A stretch of 62,641 nt of DNA, counting the filler, from Sphacelaria rigidula (lineage: Eukaryota): assembly GCA_964200075.2 (NCBI GenBank). It is 7 parts of 7 records of this genome, joined end to end, with 100 filler letters (N's around TTAATTAATTAA, not from the genome) between each part and the next. Parts side by side here need not be neighbours in the genome. Positions count along the whole stretch, not along the records: positions 8,965 to 17,827 come from CAXNAA020009903.1; positions 17,928 to 26,790 come from CAXNAA020009904.1; 5 more parts are not named here. One strand, given 5' to 3'. Below are positions 10,550 through 22,520 of the stretch, piece by piece. Below the pieces are notes generated by a model. The model saw only the letters and a list, made by a program, of their open reading frames with translations. It was not told where the DNA came from and did no database searches. Each line of letters opens with the position of its first letter. The stretch's first letter is position 1. The position numbers and the translations under genes were made by a program.

Positions 10550-13515
10550 TTACCTCGGCTCGTCGTCGCTACTGTCGTCCGAAACTTCCCGCCGCACCCG
10601 CTTCTTCCTGCTGCCGCTGCGAGCCACGATTCGTTTCTTCTTCCCCCGTTTTTCTGTCCTACTCCCCTCGCTCTCGCTTGGGCTGTGCTCTTCATCGCCC
10701 TCCTCCTCCTCATCTTCCGAGCTACCGCCCACGCTACTACCAACACCAGCACTCTCCCCCCAATCGTCACTGGGCGCACGACTCTTGCTTCCCCCGCCCC
10801 TTCTCGCTCCCGCTTTCGCTTTTTTCTTTTTCGCCGATCCACCACCCCGCCTTTTTTCTCTGGCATCGCCGTCTACACTGCTTCCCCCTGCCGACCCTCG
10901 GCTCCCGCCGCCCCGTCGCCCCCTACCGCTTTCATCTCCCGTCCCCACTGAATCCGCAATAGACGCAGAGTCGGAGTCTCTCCCAGCCGAGCTCCTGGAA
11001 CCACTGCCTCCTCCGCTTCCTTTACGCGATTTCCCCCGTGCGTTGTTGGATCTAGCTGAGGTCGCCGGGCCTGCCTGTAACATATCCGGTGGTCGGCGAG
11101 AGGTGCGAGCCCCCGCTACTACGCTATCGAAGCCTGGATCTGCTGTCACGAAACCTGGCCTCCGAGCTTCCTCGATCACTTCGCTCGCGTACGTCCTCAG
11201 TTCCTGTTTGCACGTATGTTTGATTCAAGTACTCGTTGCATTGTGGAGGATACATGTCACCAATGGGTAAGATGAGACGCGTGCACCTTGGTAGGTATGC
11301 CACATAGAACGGCGACGAGTCTCCCTTTGCAGCCACGCGTCTACGAGAAGGACCCAACCCCGTATTTGATAATGGGCACGCTCGTCATGTCGGTGACAAC
11401 ACACGACAGCTTGTGCGTACATTGCACCCGCGTTCTGAACTTACCCGGCACGTGTGTGCACGCGTGTGCACGCGGAAGACCAGACTCGCCCGAACGAAAC
11501 AAGGCTAGATATGGGCGATCAGAGCAGGCAAAGGACTACCATGGAATGGTCGCCTAGTCAAGAATTGCTGCGAAATAGCAAGACAAGTGACGGACGCGGA
11601 AATCAAATACCTTGCTATAGTCGAAGTACGGATCGCCAGCGCCATTAAAGACCATAGCGTTGTTGCACATCACGAACAGGTCGCGGCTCATGTCGTCCAA
11701 CGACGCGAGAGCTCCCGATATGATGCGCTCTCGGATGAGTGACAGATCCATGGGCTTCTTTATCACCTGTCGTGAAGAACACAAAGACACAGGCCAATGG
11801 TTCACCATCGCGGGAGGGGCGAACAGCCGTTGTTTGCATCGACGTAACGCAGTAGCGGAGTACCGGGTCTGTTCGGTAGATCCGGCCGAGACGAGTTTGC
11901 ACCTTTCGCAATTGCCGGTCTACTCTTGTCAAACGAACGGGATGCCAAACTTGCTCTAGTCGCACGAACAGACCATCCACAGACAGACGGCCGGCCTTCA
12001 TAACTTGATTTGCCAGCTTCACCGCTACTCTCCTGGATGCGATCGTGAACCACACTTGCACCATCAAGAATATAACCATGATAGAAATGAAAGCAAAACA
12101 AGCTGTGCTGTAGAGAGAGAGAGCATTAGATGCTCACCTTCTCGTACCCCGGCGCATCCTTTGGATTGACAGGCTTCCTGAAGATTATCGCAAACTTGTG
12201 TTTGTTCACTCTTTCCCACACTTCCAAGGCAATCCTGCGGAAATGTTCCAAGTCCCTGTTGGGGACTGGGCGCTCCCCCGCCTTGTCCGATGACTCCTCT
12301 TCGTCTTCATCCGTCCCGCCGTCCCCCCCATCTCTTCTACTAGACCTCGGTCTCCTATCGCGTGATTTCTCCGCGCCTGCCCCCCCTTCGCTCCTCGGCC
12401 GCTTCCGCCCCACCCGCCCTCCTCCCGAATTTTTTCCCGCGCCTGTCTCCTCCTCTTGCCCGTTGACTCCAGCGGCGTCACCCGAAGATTTCCCGTCTCT
12501 CCTCAAAGCTGGAGAACCGGGCACTCCACTACCGACAACGATACCATCACCACCATCACCACTATCACCACCGATACTATTGCTATTGTTGTTGCCGTTG
12601 CTCCGACTGTCTCGGTCCCCTCGCTCGCTTTTCCTAGTGCCACCGTTCTCGTCACTCGCCTTGCTGGTTGGGTGGTGCTTCGAAGACGGCGGAGCTACCG
12701 TGTTAGGCGCAGCTGACCTATTCGCGTTGGCAGTCCCGCCTGGATGGATTGGTGGTCTGTCTCGCAAAGGGGAAGCATGTGTACGACGGTGGTGATTGTT
12801 CGTGGGCAGCGAGACTTCAGCTCCGGCCACGACTGCTTTTTCCGCGCCACCGAAATCGTCCCGGAGGCAATTTCTGGCTTTGGTGCTGGTAGGTGTGGAC
12901 GCAACCGCCGAACCGCCGTTGCGCTTCGACGAGTCGCGATTTGGTTTAACAGATTCCGACGGGGGTGTCGCCCCCACCGCTCTGCTCTCCTTCGTTCGAT
13001 GCGGTGTTCCTGTCCTCGATTCATCGCCAGTGCAACCGCGCTTTGGCCTCTCCCCTTTGCCCCCCTCAGTTGTCTTTTCTTTCTTCTTACTGTCCTCTCC
13101 CCCGCCGACCGGGACAACCAAAACGTCTTCCTCTTTTTGCCCGTCAACATCAACTACTACCTGCAACTCGACGTCGCCCTCCGCTTCACTACTATCCGTC
13201 CGCTTGTCCCGTCTATCCGCGGCAGCGCCTTTCGCTCCTTGTGCTGATGTTGCTGGTGGCGTGCCCTTCGAAACCGCGCCAAAATCGCTGGTGACAACCT
13301 CATCCGTCGACCCTGCATTGCTATGGCTGTCTTCGTCTTCCGCGCATTCCCCATCACTGTCACTAAGCGCAGGCGCCGGCGGTAGTAACAGCCCACCATC
13401 GATACCCTTCGCCAACACGGCATGCAGATCTGGATCTAAAGGATTCGCGACAACTTCCCGTAAGCGATGGTCGTGCTTTCCGGCTTTCAGCTCGTCTATC
13501 TCGGCCCGCAAGAGG
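10550..13515 (-). CDS. BRD8: BRD8-like bromodomain protein (NuA4/TIP60-type subunit), 5'-partial
   Basis: Exons 13515-12138, 11766-11611 and 11203-10554/10550, GT-AG and in phase. Spliced bromodomain: HKFAIIFRKPVNPKDAPGYEK|VIKKPMDLSLIRERIISGALASLDDMSRDLFVMCNNAMVFNGAGDPYFDYSK|ELRTYA. The N-terminal LLRAEIDELKAGKHDHRLREV resembles the BRD8 N-terminal helical segment. Upstream exons unresolved. Confidence 0.85.
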
Positions 13516-15950
13516 CTATTCTCGAAACCACAGGGCCATAATCCACACAACAGATTTGTACATGTGCGTGTTGTGTTTTGCAGGTTTTGTGTCGATGTGG
13601 ACGCGAGCAGTGTTTGCGTCACGGCACGCGAGGAAGGGGAAAACAACAGCACACGCGAAGAACGAGGGATAGCACAGAATGGCAAGGCGAAGAAAAAATA
13701 CGAGTAGTTGGATCCTTGAATATCTTATCTATCTCAAGTCACGAAGGGATCCAAAGGACGATCATGACCTGGCCTACAAGGGTTGGGAAAAGATCTTGCG
13801 ATGTACCTGATCCGTGTAATCGTCACGATCATGATTCCATCGGGGGGGTGGCGGGGGTGGCGGGCAGAACGCTTCGTGCAAATTCACTAGCTGGCTGCGA
13901 CTATGTTTGCGGATCTTTACGGCAGCAATAGTCGAACAAGAAATTCAAGTCACGAAACGCTCTCAGCGGCTCTCAGCGGCATATACCTGACTCAAACTGC
14001 TTGCTTGCAGCCAAAGGGTTACTACCCTTCGAGAACCAGAGCGGGTAATAGGGTATCTTGGTCATTTTTCGAGTGAAAATGGCAAAATAGTGTCGACTCA
14101 ACAGATCACCCAATCTGACCGTCAAGGGTGAGTTAGTCCTGGCGTCATGTACCCTGCAAGCAGGACATGAGACGAGTACAGCCGCACATGTTGCGCATTT
14201 TCCCCGAATCTTACACACCCTTGCAGGTGAGAGCAGGTTGGGTGTACAAACTAGATTGAGCGGTTCTCTTCGAGCGTCGCAACATATTCTCGTACTGCCT
14301 GTATCGCAGCGGACGGTGCAAGTTTGGTGGCCGCTACCGGATATCGGCAGCGATCGACGGTATCGATGGTCGGAGTACTGAACCGTCGTACGAGCGCATG
14401 TCGGCCTTACGCCTGGCGGTGAACACAGCACCATAGTCATGGCTGCGGGGGCGGAAAGAAAAACCGGGTTGGCTGCTGAAAGGGGCAAAAAAGACTGCAA
14501 GATCGAAAAACGGATCGCGTGCGCCGCCAGCTTCACGGCTCGGCGTGTACGCGATCTAATCGGCCAATGGAAGATACACAGCAACGGAAACAGCGAAACT
14601 GATGTAAGCCGTGTGGTTTTCGCCAACAAAAGCGGTATACTATTACACGCTCGTAGACTCCTTTGCATTTCTCGCCGACAAAAGTTTTGTGGAGAGCAGG
14701 GGAAATCAATATGTGTGTGTGTGTGCGGGTTTATGTGTCATCATCATCGCCTGCTCATGGCGGTGTACTGGTTGTCGGAGCTGCATTGTTTTCAAATGGA
14801 AAAAACCCCAGCGGTACAAACAGACCCGATAGACTTTGCTTGTGATCGACGGCGATTGACTGTACAACCGCCCGGTAAGGACACGGAGCCAACTCTCACC
14901 TGATGCACTCGTCGAATCTTGGCAATTTCGCTCCGATCTCCTCCATCATTCTGCCTCGAGAAGCTGTAGCGAGAAGCAAAAGAGGACGAGACACGAGCAA
15001 ACATACGAAGAGGACGGGTGAACGTACAGCAAGCACAAAATATGCTACCAGCAGCATTTTTGAAGCAGACGGAGCTGCTGTAGAAGACGCAAAAAATACC
15101 GAAAAATACCTGCAGAGATCTACCCGGTTTGTCGCTCCCTCACTTTATGTGAATGAAAAAGAGAAGAAAAAAAAGAAAAAAAGGGGGGGCCTCTCAACAG
15201 ATACGGGAGCACGACTCACTGAGAAAAACAGACGAATACTTCAGCGTGTGCTTTTGTGAGATGGGTTGCGTATGGCACATGTAGCATACCAACTATCCTC
15301 GAGTGGTGTTCACAATCCAAATAGCAGGAACATACCTACGCCATCCTCTCCCATTTCCACGTCCCAGCCCACTACGCATAAGCACGAACAGCTCGCCTGG
15401 ACGAACACAAGCCAAAACTTTGCCGAAACCCAGCACCCTTGCGCATCCGCTTTCGTCATGATTTATTTGACGTTTACCTAAATATGTTTTGATACAAGTT
15501 TGATACCAAAGTAGGCGAGTCGTACCCGTTGATCGTACTAAAACTCGATTCAACTCGCTGTGTCGTACGGTCTGCTAGTGAAAAGGATCACCTAGACCTC
15601 CGGCTGAGATCTTTCAGTAATACAAGAAATGGTACGTAAGAGCTAGGGCTGATCTCTTTGGTAATATACCGACTCAAATTAGATTAAACACAACAACATT
15701 TCGTGCTGATGAGAAGTATGGGTATGGGGTATGGGTCAGTTGACCAGTGTTCCTTTTGATAAAATTATAGGAGAGACGCACAAATGAACGAGAACACGAG
15801 AACAAATATTTGAATATCTGCGCAACATCTTGAAAATAGACATCATTCTCATTTCAACTGTTGTGGCGGCGGGACTCGAACGACCACATTCGCAGGAGAC
15901 GCCCCTTTTCCCCCTATTCTCTCCGTATCCACCGTAGTAGTACAGTGGTA

Positions 15951-16023
15951 CAGCGCAGCACAGCGCAGCACAGCGCAGCACAGCACAGCACAGCACAGCA
16001 CAGCACAGCACAGCACAGCACAG
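15951..16023. repeat. (CAGCA/CAGCG)n pentanucleotide microsatellite
   Basis: Directly visible. Confidence 0.95.
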
Positions 16024-17755
16024 TGCAGTCGTTGCAGTGCACACCGCACTGTCAGCGGGCCTCATGAGCACCAACGGAATTCACAGAGCTGACGATGGAC
16101 GGCACCATGTCTTCGTTCCCGGACGGGTGAGGACCATAGCTTGTGGAACGTGTACGCAATGCACCCAATTCCATCTGTATGGGCGCTTGGTGGATGTTCT
16201 CGTATGGTCTGAATGATGGAAGAGGAGACATGAGGACATAAATACAATCACAACCGCCGTTCGGGTAGAGTATTCTCGATGCACTGTCGATCGACTGATT
16301 CAGGCCGTGTCTTATCGGGACAAAACAATCAGGATGGAGAAGATGAAACTGATGTGATTCGTCCTTGCAATACCATGGCGATACCACCCCCCTCCCCCCC
16401 CCCCCAGAAAAATTCAGGAGCGACCTTTTTTTTTGTGATCCTTCGTGAGAGCCTGCTTCTTGTGGAGTTTGGGGAGTGCAGTTGTTTCAGAAGAAAAAAA
16501 AAGTGGATTTTTACGAAGTTTTTCCTCCGTTTTTTTCATGCTGTTCAAGTTATGCACACCATCGGACGTGATGCGCACTTCGCTGAGTTTTTTCGCCTAC
16601 AGTAGTGTTCTTCCTTAGCACTCGGAAGCCCTATTGTCGATAGATTCTGGGGGAAAAGCGGGTCGTGCTCAGGGCACAATTCTTAATTGTTGTCGGGGTG
16701 ATACGGAGTAAGTACCTTGTTTATCATGGGGTGTTATCGACCGTCACGGGTCCCAAAACACAGTTTTTCGGCTCCGGAGCAACAAATAGATTAAATTTTG
16801 AGAAAGAATTCCTGTACATCCGTCCTATAATGTCGAATGATCGGGATTGCTACAACCCAGCAAAAATACTCTAGGGTCAGAGCCTGGCGCAGGGTAGTCG
16901 AAGGACCCCGAAAACCGGTCAGCCCGTAGGTTGTTGAAGAGTGAGTGCAGAGACGATTTCGTTTCGGAATGTGGAGCGGATGTCTCGTATCTCCCGATCC
17001 CCGAAATTCGGAACGTTCACTGGGATGATCGGTGGCACCCGAAAACACTAATAAAAATCGCCGACTACGAAAAAATTATTCAACACCCCTATTTCAGCTG
17101 GAAACTACTGAATACACAAAGTCTCCAGACTCCCTATTCCTTACCCGCTGCGTGGATATGGAGGCGTGTTCGGCTTCTCAAACAAGTTTGATCGGGTTTG
17201 AAGAGTGTGGGCATTTCTTCAACAATTTTCCACGAAATGTCAGTGGTTGGGAATATTTCATTTGTCATCCATGCACGATATTTGGCACAAGTGGGACTCA
17301 CACAAGAGCCCCCGAGAAAAGAATCAAAGATCACATTATGAGTAACTTTCTTCAGCTTGGAGCTACCAGACAGGAGGTAGGAAGTACATTCCCATTCTCC
17401 CCCCGAAATCCCGTGGTAATTTCTATACAAGAAAGGCTAGTCGAGGCAATTTACTTGGATTCAGAGTAATTAAGGTAGTTTACTTAATGTAAGAGTGGGT
17501 GAGGCAAGTCAGTTGATCTTCCAGTACGAGCTAGGCCAGCTGACATTGAGTTTTGAATGTATCCTCGAGATGCTGTTGGTAGTTCGAAGAGTTGAGCCGA
17601 TTCTTCCGGTTCGTTTTTTCCCCTTATTTTTTGCAAATGACGAGGGAAAAGTAAAAGATGGCTACTTTACTACCTAAGGCCGTTTCTTCCGGTTCGTTTT
17701 TTCCCCTCATTTTTTGCAACAAATTGTGAGGTAAAAATACCGCTAGCAAAATACT

Positions 17756-17827
17756 TATTATTATTATTATTATTATTATTATTTCCGCACATTAGTCCGA
17801 TCTCGCGAACCCGTGGTCACAGACGTA
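17756..17827 (-). mobile_element. 3' end of retroposon with (AAT)n tail; contig breaks inside it
   Basis: Minus strand reads tgtgaccacgggttcgcgagatcggactaatgtgcggaaat(aat)n. Related copies at 44642-44716, 53617-53679 and 39055-39100. Confidence 0.75.
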
Positions 17828-18181
17828 NNNNNNNNNNNNNNNNNNNNNNNNNNNNNNNNNNNNNNNNNNNNTTAATTAATTAANNNNNNNNNNNNNNNNN
17901 NNNNNNNNNNNNNNNNNNNNNNNNNNNGTGAGCTGCATCCTGCTAAGATTGTTCGGCCCGAAGCCTACTGATTATCTTGCATATGAATGGCAGCTTACAA
18001 TGAGCTGCTTCATTTTCTCGTATCGCCACTTCCAGAGACCACCACGGGTACACTACCTCACGGCTGTCTCACCATTTGAACACTACGTAGTACGATCATC
18101 CCCTTTGCACGGAATCGAGGTTCTCCTACCCCGCACGATTTGATCTAGCTCGACTACAACCATGGTCACCGCAAAAGAACG

Positions 18182-18670
18182 CAAGGGCGCACCCCCGCCG
18201 GAACCTGGTTACCTAGCTTACGCAGTGTGTGGCGTGTTTATAGCGTCATCGCCAACCGATGCCAACCCTGTACGGGGGATGGTCCCGAGGAAGGAGAAAG
18301 GGCGAAAGTGTGTTGTACGAAGAAATAAAAATGTTTTGTGACCATGGCTGGGTGCGTATAGGATCACTTCATGTGGTGCGAGAAAACACGAACCGATCCA
18401 CGGTTCAGACCAATCATGGCCGGTTCGAATCACCAAATCCTCGAGTTTTCAGGCCTCATTGTTAGAAGAAAAAAAAAAGTCGACCGCTGGTCAATAAGGT
18501 CTCCACGCAGTTTTTGCGCCGTTCCACGTGCCTGGGTTGCGCGTTACTGGGTTGCGCGTTCCTGGGTTTCAACGCTGGAAACAAAGAATGAGGATTGATT
18601 CGTACGGTACGAATAAATGACACTAAAATGAAGTTATTTCCAGACGAATCATCACTTCGTCCGACCCTTG
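18182..18670 (+). mobile_element. About 490-bp dispersed non-autonomous element (family C), CAAGGG...CCCTTG ends
   Basis: Collinear homology with 27663-28144; a fragment lies at about 35860-35950 on the minus strand. Short TIR, no clear TSD. Confidence 0.65.
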
Positions 18671-18799
18671 AAGCGATCAAAACATGGCGAAATGAAACGC
18701 TTACTTACTTACGTGTGAGTTGTTGTTGGCCGCACGTGCTCGGCCAAGCCGCAATCGAAACGTGAGTCTGAACGTGGGATATGTTGTAGTGCATCACAG

Positions 18800-19017
18800 T
18801 TATCGTTTTTGTTTCTCGCTTTGCTCCTTTCTGTTTTTTTTCTTCGCTCCCTTCCCCCCCCTCCTTTTTTTTTTTCTTCTTTATTGAGCGTTTCTGTCTT
18901 ATTTATGTTGCTTGGGTACATTTATCTTGTGGACAATGACCACGACTGGATTATGACTCGTGGATCAGTCAATGTACGACAATTCATCAATTCATCAAAC
19001 CAATCAATCAATCAAAT
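18800..19017 (+). mobile_element. 3' end of AATC-tailed retroposon
   Basis: Pyrimidine-rich body, then tgaccacgactggatt, then (aatc)n. Confidence 0.55.
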
Positions 19018-19900
19018 ATCCAGCTTGGATACACTTGACTGGCACGCGAATTACTTTCGGATAATGAGTTTTTTTTCATACATTGATTGTATCCATCCGT
19101 GTTGAAAAAATATTGTTCTCCACATAATTAGTCCGTCTTCGCCGAGTATAATTCATGATTTGAAAATATGCTTTCCGCAACAGACGCTTGGCCGGAGTTT
19201 TCCCTTGTGTGTGGTGGTGTCTATATACGAGGCTTGTTTTTGTTGTTCCGAAGTAAGGCGTTTTTCTGTTCGACGGTTTGCGTGCTTGTGCTCTCGACTT
19301 GAGTGTATGCTCTCTACATATACATATATATATATATATATATATCGTTTTTGTTTGTTTGTTCCGTTTCGTTTATTTTCGTTTCGTTTCGTTTCGTATC
19401 CATGATTCATTTCGTTTCGATCTAGCTGTAGTGTCTTATTCCAACCGCTTCGTTTTGTCCTCTCTCTCTCTTTTTCGTTGTTGCATCATGTTTCCCCCAT
19501 CATTCATTTCCTTCGAATGTTCGCCCCCAACAAATTAAAAACACAAGACGCCGTACTGCAGCGCGCCGCTAGACTATCCCTTAGCCGAAGCACCGCGAGC
19601 GACAGGAGATGGTCAGGGCGGAGATGGAGATGCACTCGTGCTTCGCCAATTGCAGGTATATTTTACCCACTTTACTTTAGTCAATTGAAGGTGTATGAAA
19701 AGTGTAAAGACTGTCAATAAACGGAACGGGTCTGATCGTGTGAAACACCTTACTGAGCCCAAACTCGACATTTATTAGCCCCACCCGGAATAAGAATGCA
19801 ACATATCTTACCCTGTGTATATATGTAAAAATGCCTTTGGATTTTCCCTTCAAAATGTCCTTACCCTCAACAATATATAGGTCAATTGTTGCAATAGACG

Positions 19901-19991
19901 AAAAATGTACTGCGTAAAGTGTCGGCCTATTGCAACTATTGTCGTCGCCGACGATCGTTGCAATAGGCCTATACTTTACGCAGTACATTTT
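19901..19991. repeat. Near-perfect 91-nt hairpin, core of a looser fold-back at about 19860-20030
   Basis: aaaatgtactgcgtaaagt...ggcctattgcaac pairs with gttgcaataggcc...actttacgcagtacatttt. Confidence 0.85.
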
Positions 19992-20100
19992 CCTTTTTCA
20001 ACTATTGATCATTAATCGTCCAGGGTATGGAAGTATCTGATTTCTGTCCTTGAAAGCGGTAGGACGTGAGTAGCTACAAGAGGTCGGCTGATTTTGTTCA

Positions 20101-20412
20101 GTAGTGTCTAGCACTTGGTCGATTAGAACCTTCCAGGAATGTTATTACTTGATTTGAGTGTAAACACCGATATTCGGATCTTTAGCAGGGCTGACAGCCT
20201 CAACTGCTCCTCGCGTGCGCAGAACGCGTTTTCGTCAAGAATCGGCGCCGTTTTGAGGTCTGCCAACGCCACACTTTGCCTGGGAAACGCTCCGCACCCC
20301 CCTCGCCCGAGGTCTCGGTATGCCTTGGGTTGGGGTTAAGGGTTAGGGTAAGCGTTATTTTAAAAAAACATGTTTCCGGGATTTTTTTTATCGACCAAGT
20401 GGTAAATACACC
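20101..20412 (+). mobile_element. MITE with TCA flanks (Harbinger-like) carrying the TTAGGG-like cassette
   Basis: Imperfect TIR gtgtctagcacttggtcga / tcgaccaagtggtaaatacac, tca on both sides. Contains gggttggggttaagggttagggta. Partial copies at about 57738-57915 and 50630-50740. Confidence 0.65.
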
Positions 20413-20842
20413 TCATTTTGTTCGATGACAGTTGAAGCGATGCGGGAATGATGATGGTCATAATCCAATCCACGAGACCAAAATGCAAGGCGTTAGCCGG
20501 GAGTGAGATGGATCGGTCCCTAGGGGAGGGACGGGGTTGGAAGTGCGACGAGTAATAATAAATAGATTACTTGTCAACAAGTGTGCTGCGTACAGTCTCG
20601 ACTATTGCGTCTAATGCAGCAGGCAATAGATTCCATGGTGTGCGCAGTACACTTTTCGGCCATGTAATCTTTTGTCATTATCCAGAGTGTGATGATGATG
20701 GTTATTGGTGTTGGACCAACGGGTGAGCACGGTCTTCTAGGATATATTTGTTATTTAACCCAACTTTGTTTCTCCCTAATCTTCTTGATGTAATGCTTAC
20801 AAGCGGACCGGTTCTGTACTTGACACGAGCTTTGCTGTACTC

Positions 20843-21272
20843 AACACGGGGTTTTACAGATTGGGGATGGATTTTTACTGGGGACGAGGATCCGGAGAAT
20901 TAAAATCTTCGTATCCAAACCAAATCTTCGAAATATGGCTCCATTTCTTTACTCGCTGGTAGCTATTGACAACTACCGCACGTCATGCAAATTTGGATTC
21001 CGATAACCGAAATGTTGGGGTCCTCGGTGAAAAACCAATTTTAGGGACTTTACGTGACTCGATCGGACCCCCAAGTTGGTTTTACACCTAGGACCCCAAC
21101 ATTTCGGTCACCCATATCCAAATTTGTATGGTGTGCAGTAGTTGTCAATAGCTACCAGCGAGTGAAGAAATGGAACCATATTACGAAGCTTTGATGTGGA
21201 TACGAAGATTTTCATTCTCCGGGTTTTCATCCCCAATAAAAAGTCCATCCCCAATTTGTAAAATCCCGTGTT
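20843..21272. mobile_element. Fold-back MITE-like element with about 190-bp inverted arms
   Basis: aacacggggttttacagattggggatgg... is reverse-complementary to ...ccatccccaatttgtaaaatcccgtgtt, with a short loop near 21050. Confidence 0.8.
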
Positions 21273-21289
21273 ACTATTTGATGGTGAAC

Positions 21290-21530
21290 TGTGACATGTG
21301 ACGGTGAAGATGCCTACCTGAAAGAAGTACGTATGTGTGCATGACAGGTTTTGGAGGGTGCTGTACTGTTTGATGATGTGCCATGTGACGGTGAAGACCC
21401 TTGCTTGAAAAGTAATGTGCATGTTTACACGACAGGTATTTTCGGGGGCTGTACTGTTCTATGATACACTATGTGGCGGTGAAGATGCCTGCTTGAAAGA
21501 CATGTGCATGTGTACATGGCAGGTGCTTGG
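21290..21530. repeat. Degenerate tandem repeat, about 88-bp unit, about 3 copies
   Basis: atgtg(a/g)cggtgaaga recurs at 21296, 21383 and 21471. Confidence 0.8.
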
Positions 21531-22129
21531 ATGCATGCAGCCTGATTGTATAAGCACATGAAGTTTAGGTTTTGCACACAGAGCACAGTGAAACACAGTG
21601 AGCACACACTTGCCTGCCGCACTTACTGCTGCACTTTTCGACGACCATCCAAGAAAATAGTGTTTCGTATGAGACCTGCTGAGAATGTAACTGCTATCAT
21701 GGGAGACTGAACACCGCGGGTACTGTGTCGGTGCTCGAGTCTAGGGTCCGGGTTCGAGATCATAGTGTCGAGCATACACAGGTTGATGGTGCTGGGTAGA
21801 GTTTGTCTCTCGTGAGGGACCAGACAGCTAGTAAGCTGTTGGTGTAGAATGGCCTTGGTTGTGTGTTGTGTGTGAGTGTTTCATCCCGTTCATGCTGAAC
21901 GCCTACATCTTTCGGTGTATGTGAACGTACCAGCCAGGTTCATGTGGAAGGTCACCCATGCGTCCCCCCCTCCCCCCTTCACCTTCGTTCTGCGGTAAAA
22001 AAATAGGCCCAGATGTTTGTCATCGAGAGGCCCCCAAAGTGAAGAGTGACAGAAATACATTGTGCACCCCTACCGTAGAATCACTCCTGGGCCGATCATA
22101 AAGTTAGGAACCATACTCTCGGGGGCGTA

Positions 22130-22520
22130 TCCAGGAAGCGCTGACGCGGTGCTTGCTTTGGATAGAAATCTCCACGTCTGGGCTGGCAGCATAATCAAAG
22201 TAGATGAAGTAGGCTGGCTGGTTGAGCCTACCGTCAAAGCTGCTGGCCTGTCGTCTTGAGGTGCAGTGCTTTCTCCTGGGAGCTGGGTGATGACCATAGG
22301 CACATGGATCCTGCCTTGTTGTTCAATACGGCCAATTCGAACGCCTGACAGACCACCACGATCGCAGCCACCATCCTAGTAAGATCGTCTGGGGACCTCA
22401 GGGCTATATCTGCGTCATCCGCGTACAGCATTCCCCACATCACGCGCCGTTCGCTCTCCAGCGGCGTGTCTTCTGTCTACAATCCTCACTCTTGAGGGTA
22501 TAAGCTGGGTATACCAAGGC
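22130..22520 (-). pseudogene. Degenerate non-LTR (RTE-like) reverse transcriptase fragment
   Basis: WGMLYADDADIALRSPDDLTRMVAAIVVVCQAFELAV contains the YADD catalytic motif; the frame is disrupted downstream. Confidence 0.85.

Noticed and set aside
12130-13707. Long plus-strand ORFs (12130-12795, 12796-13707; also 10196-10951)
   Set aside because: Antisense shadows of GC-rich exons of the BRD8-like gene.
14340-16210. Candidate small minus-strand exons upstream of the BRD8-like gene (near 14340-14440, 15335-15395, 16085-16208)
   Set aside because: Splice sites are plausible, but phase and homology could not be fixed without transcripts.
20327-20350. TTAGGG-like repeats as a telomere
   Set aside because: Only a few degenerate units, internal to a dispersed element.
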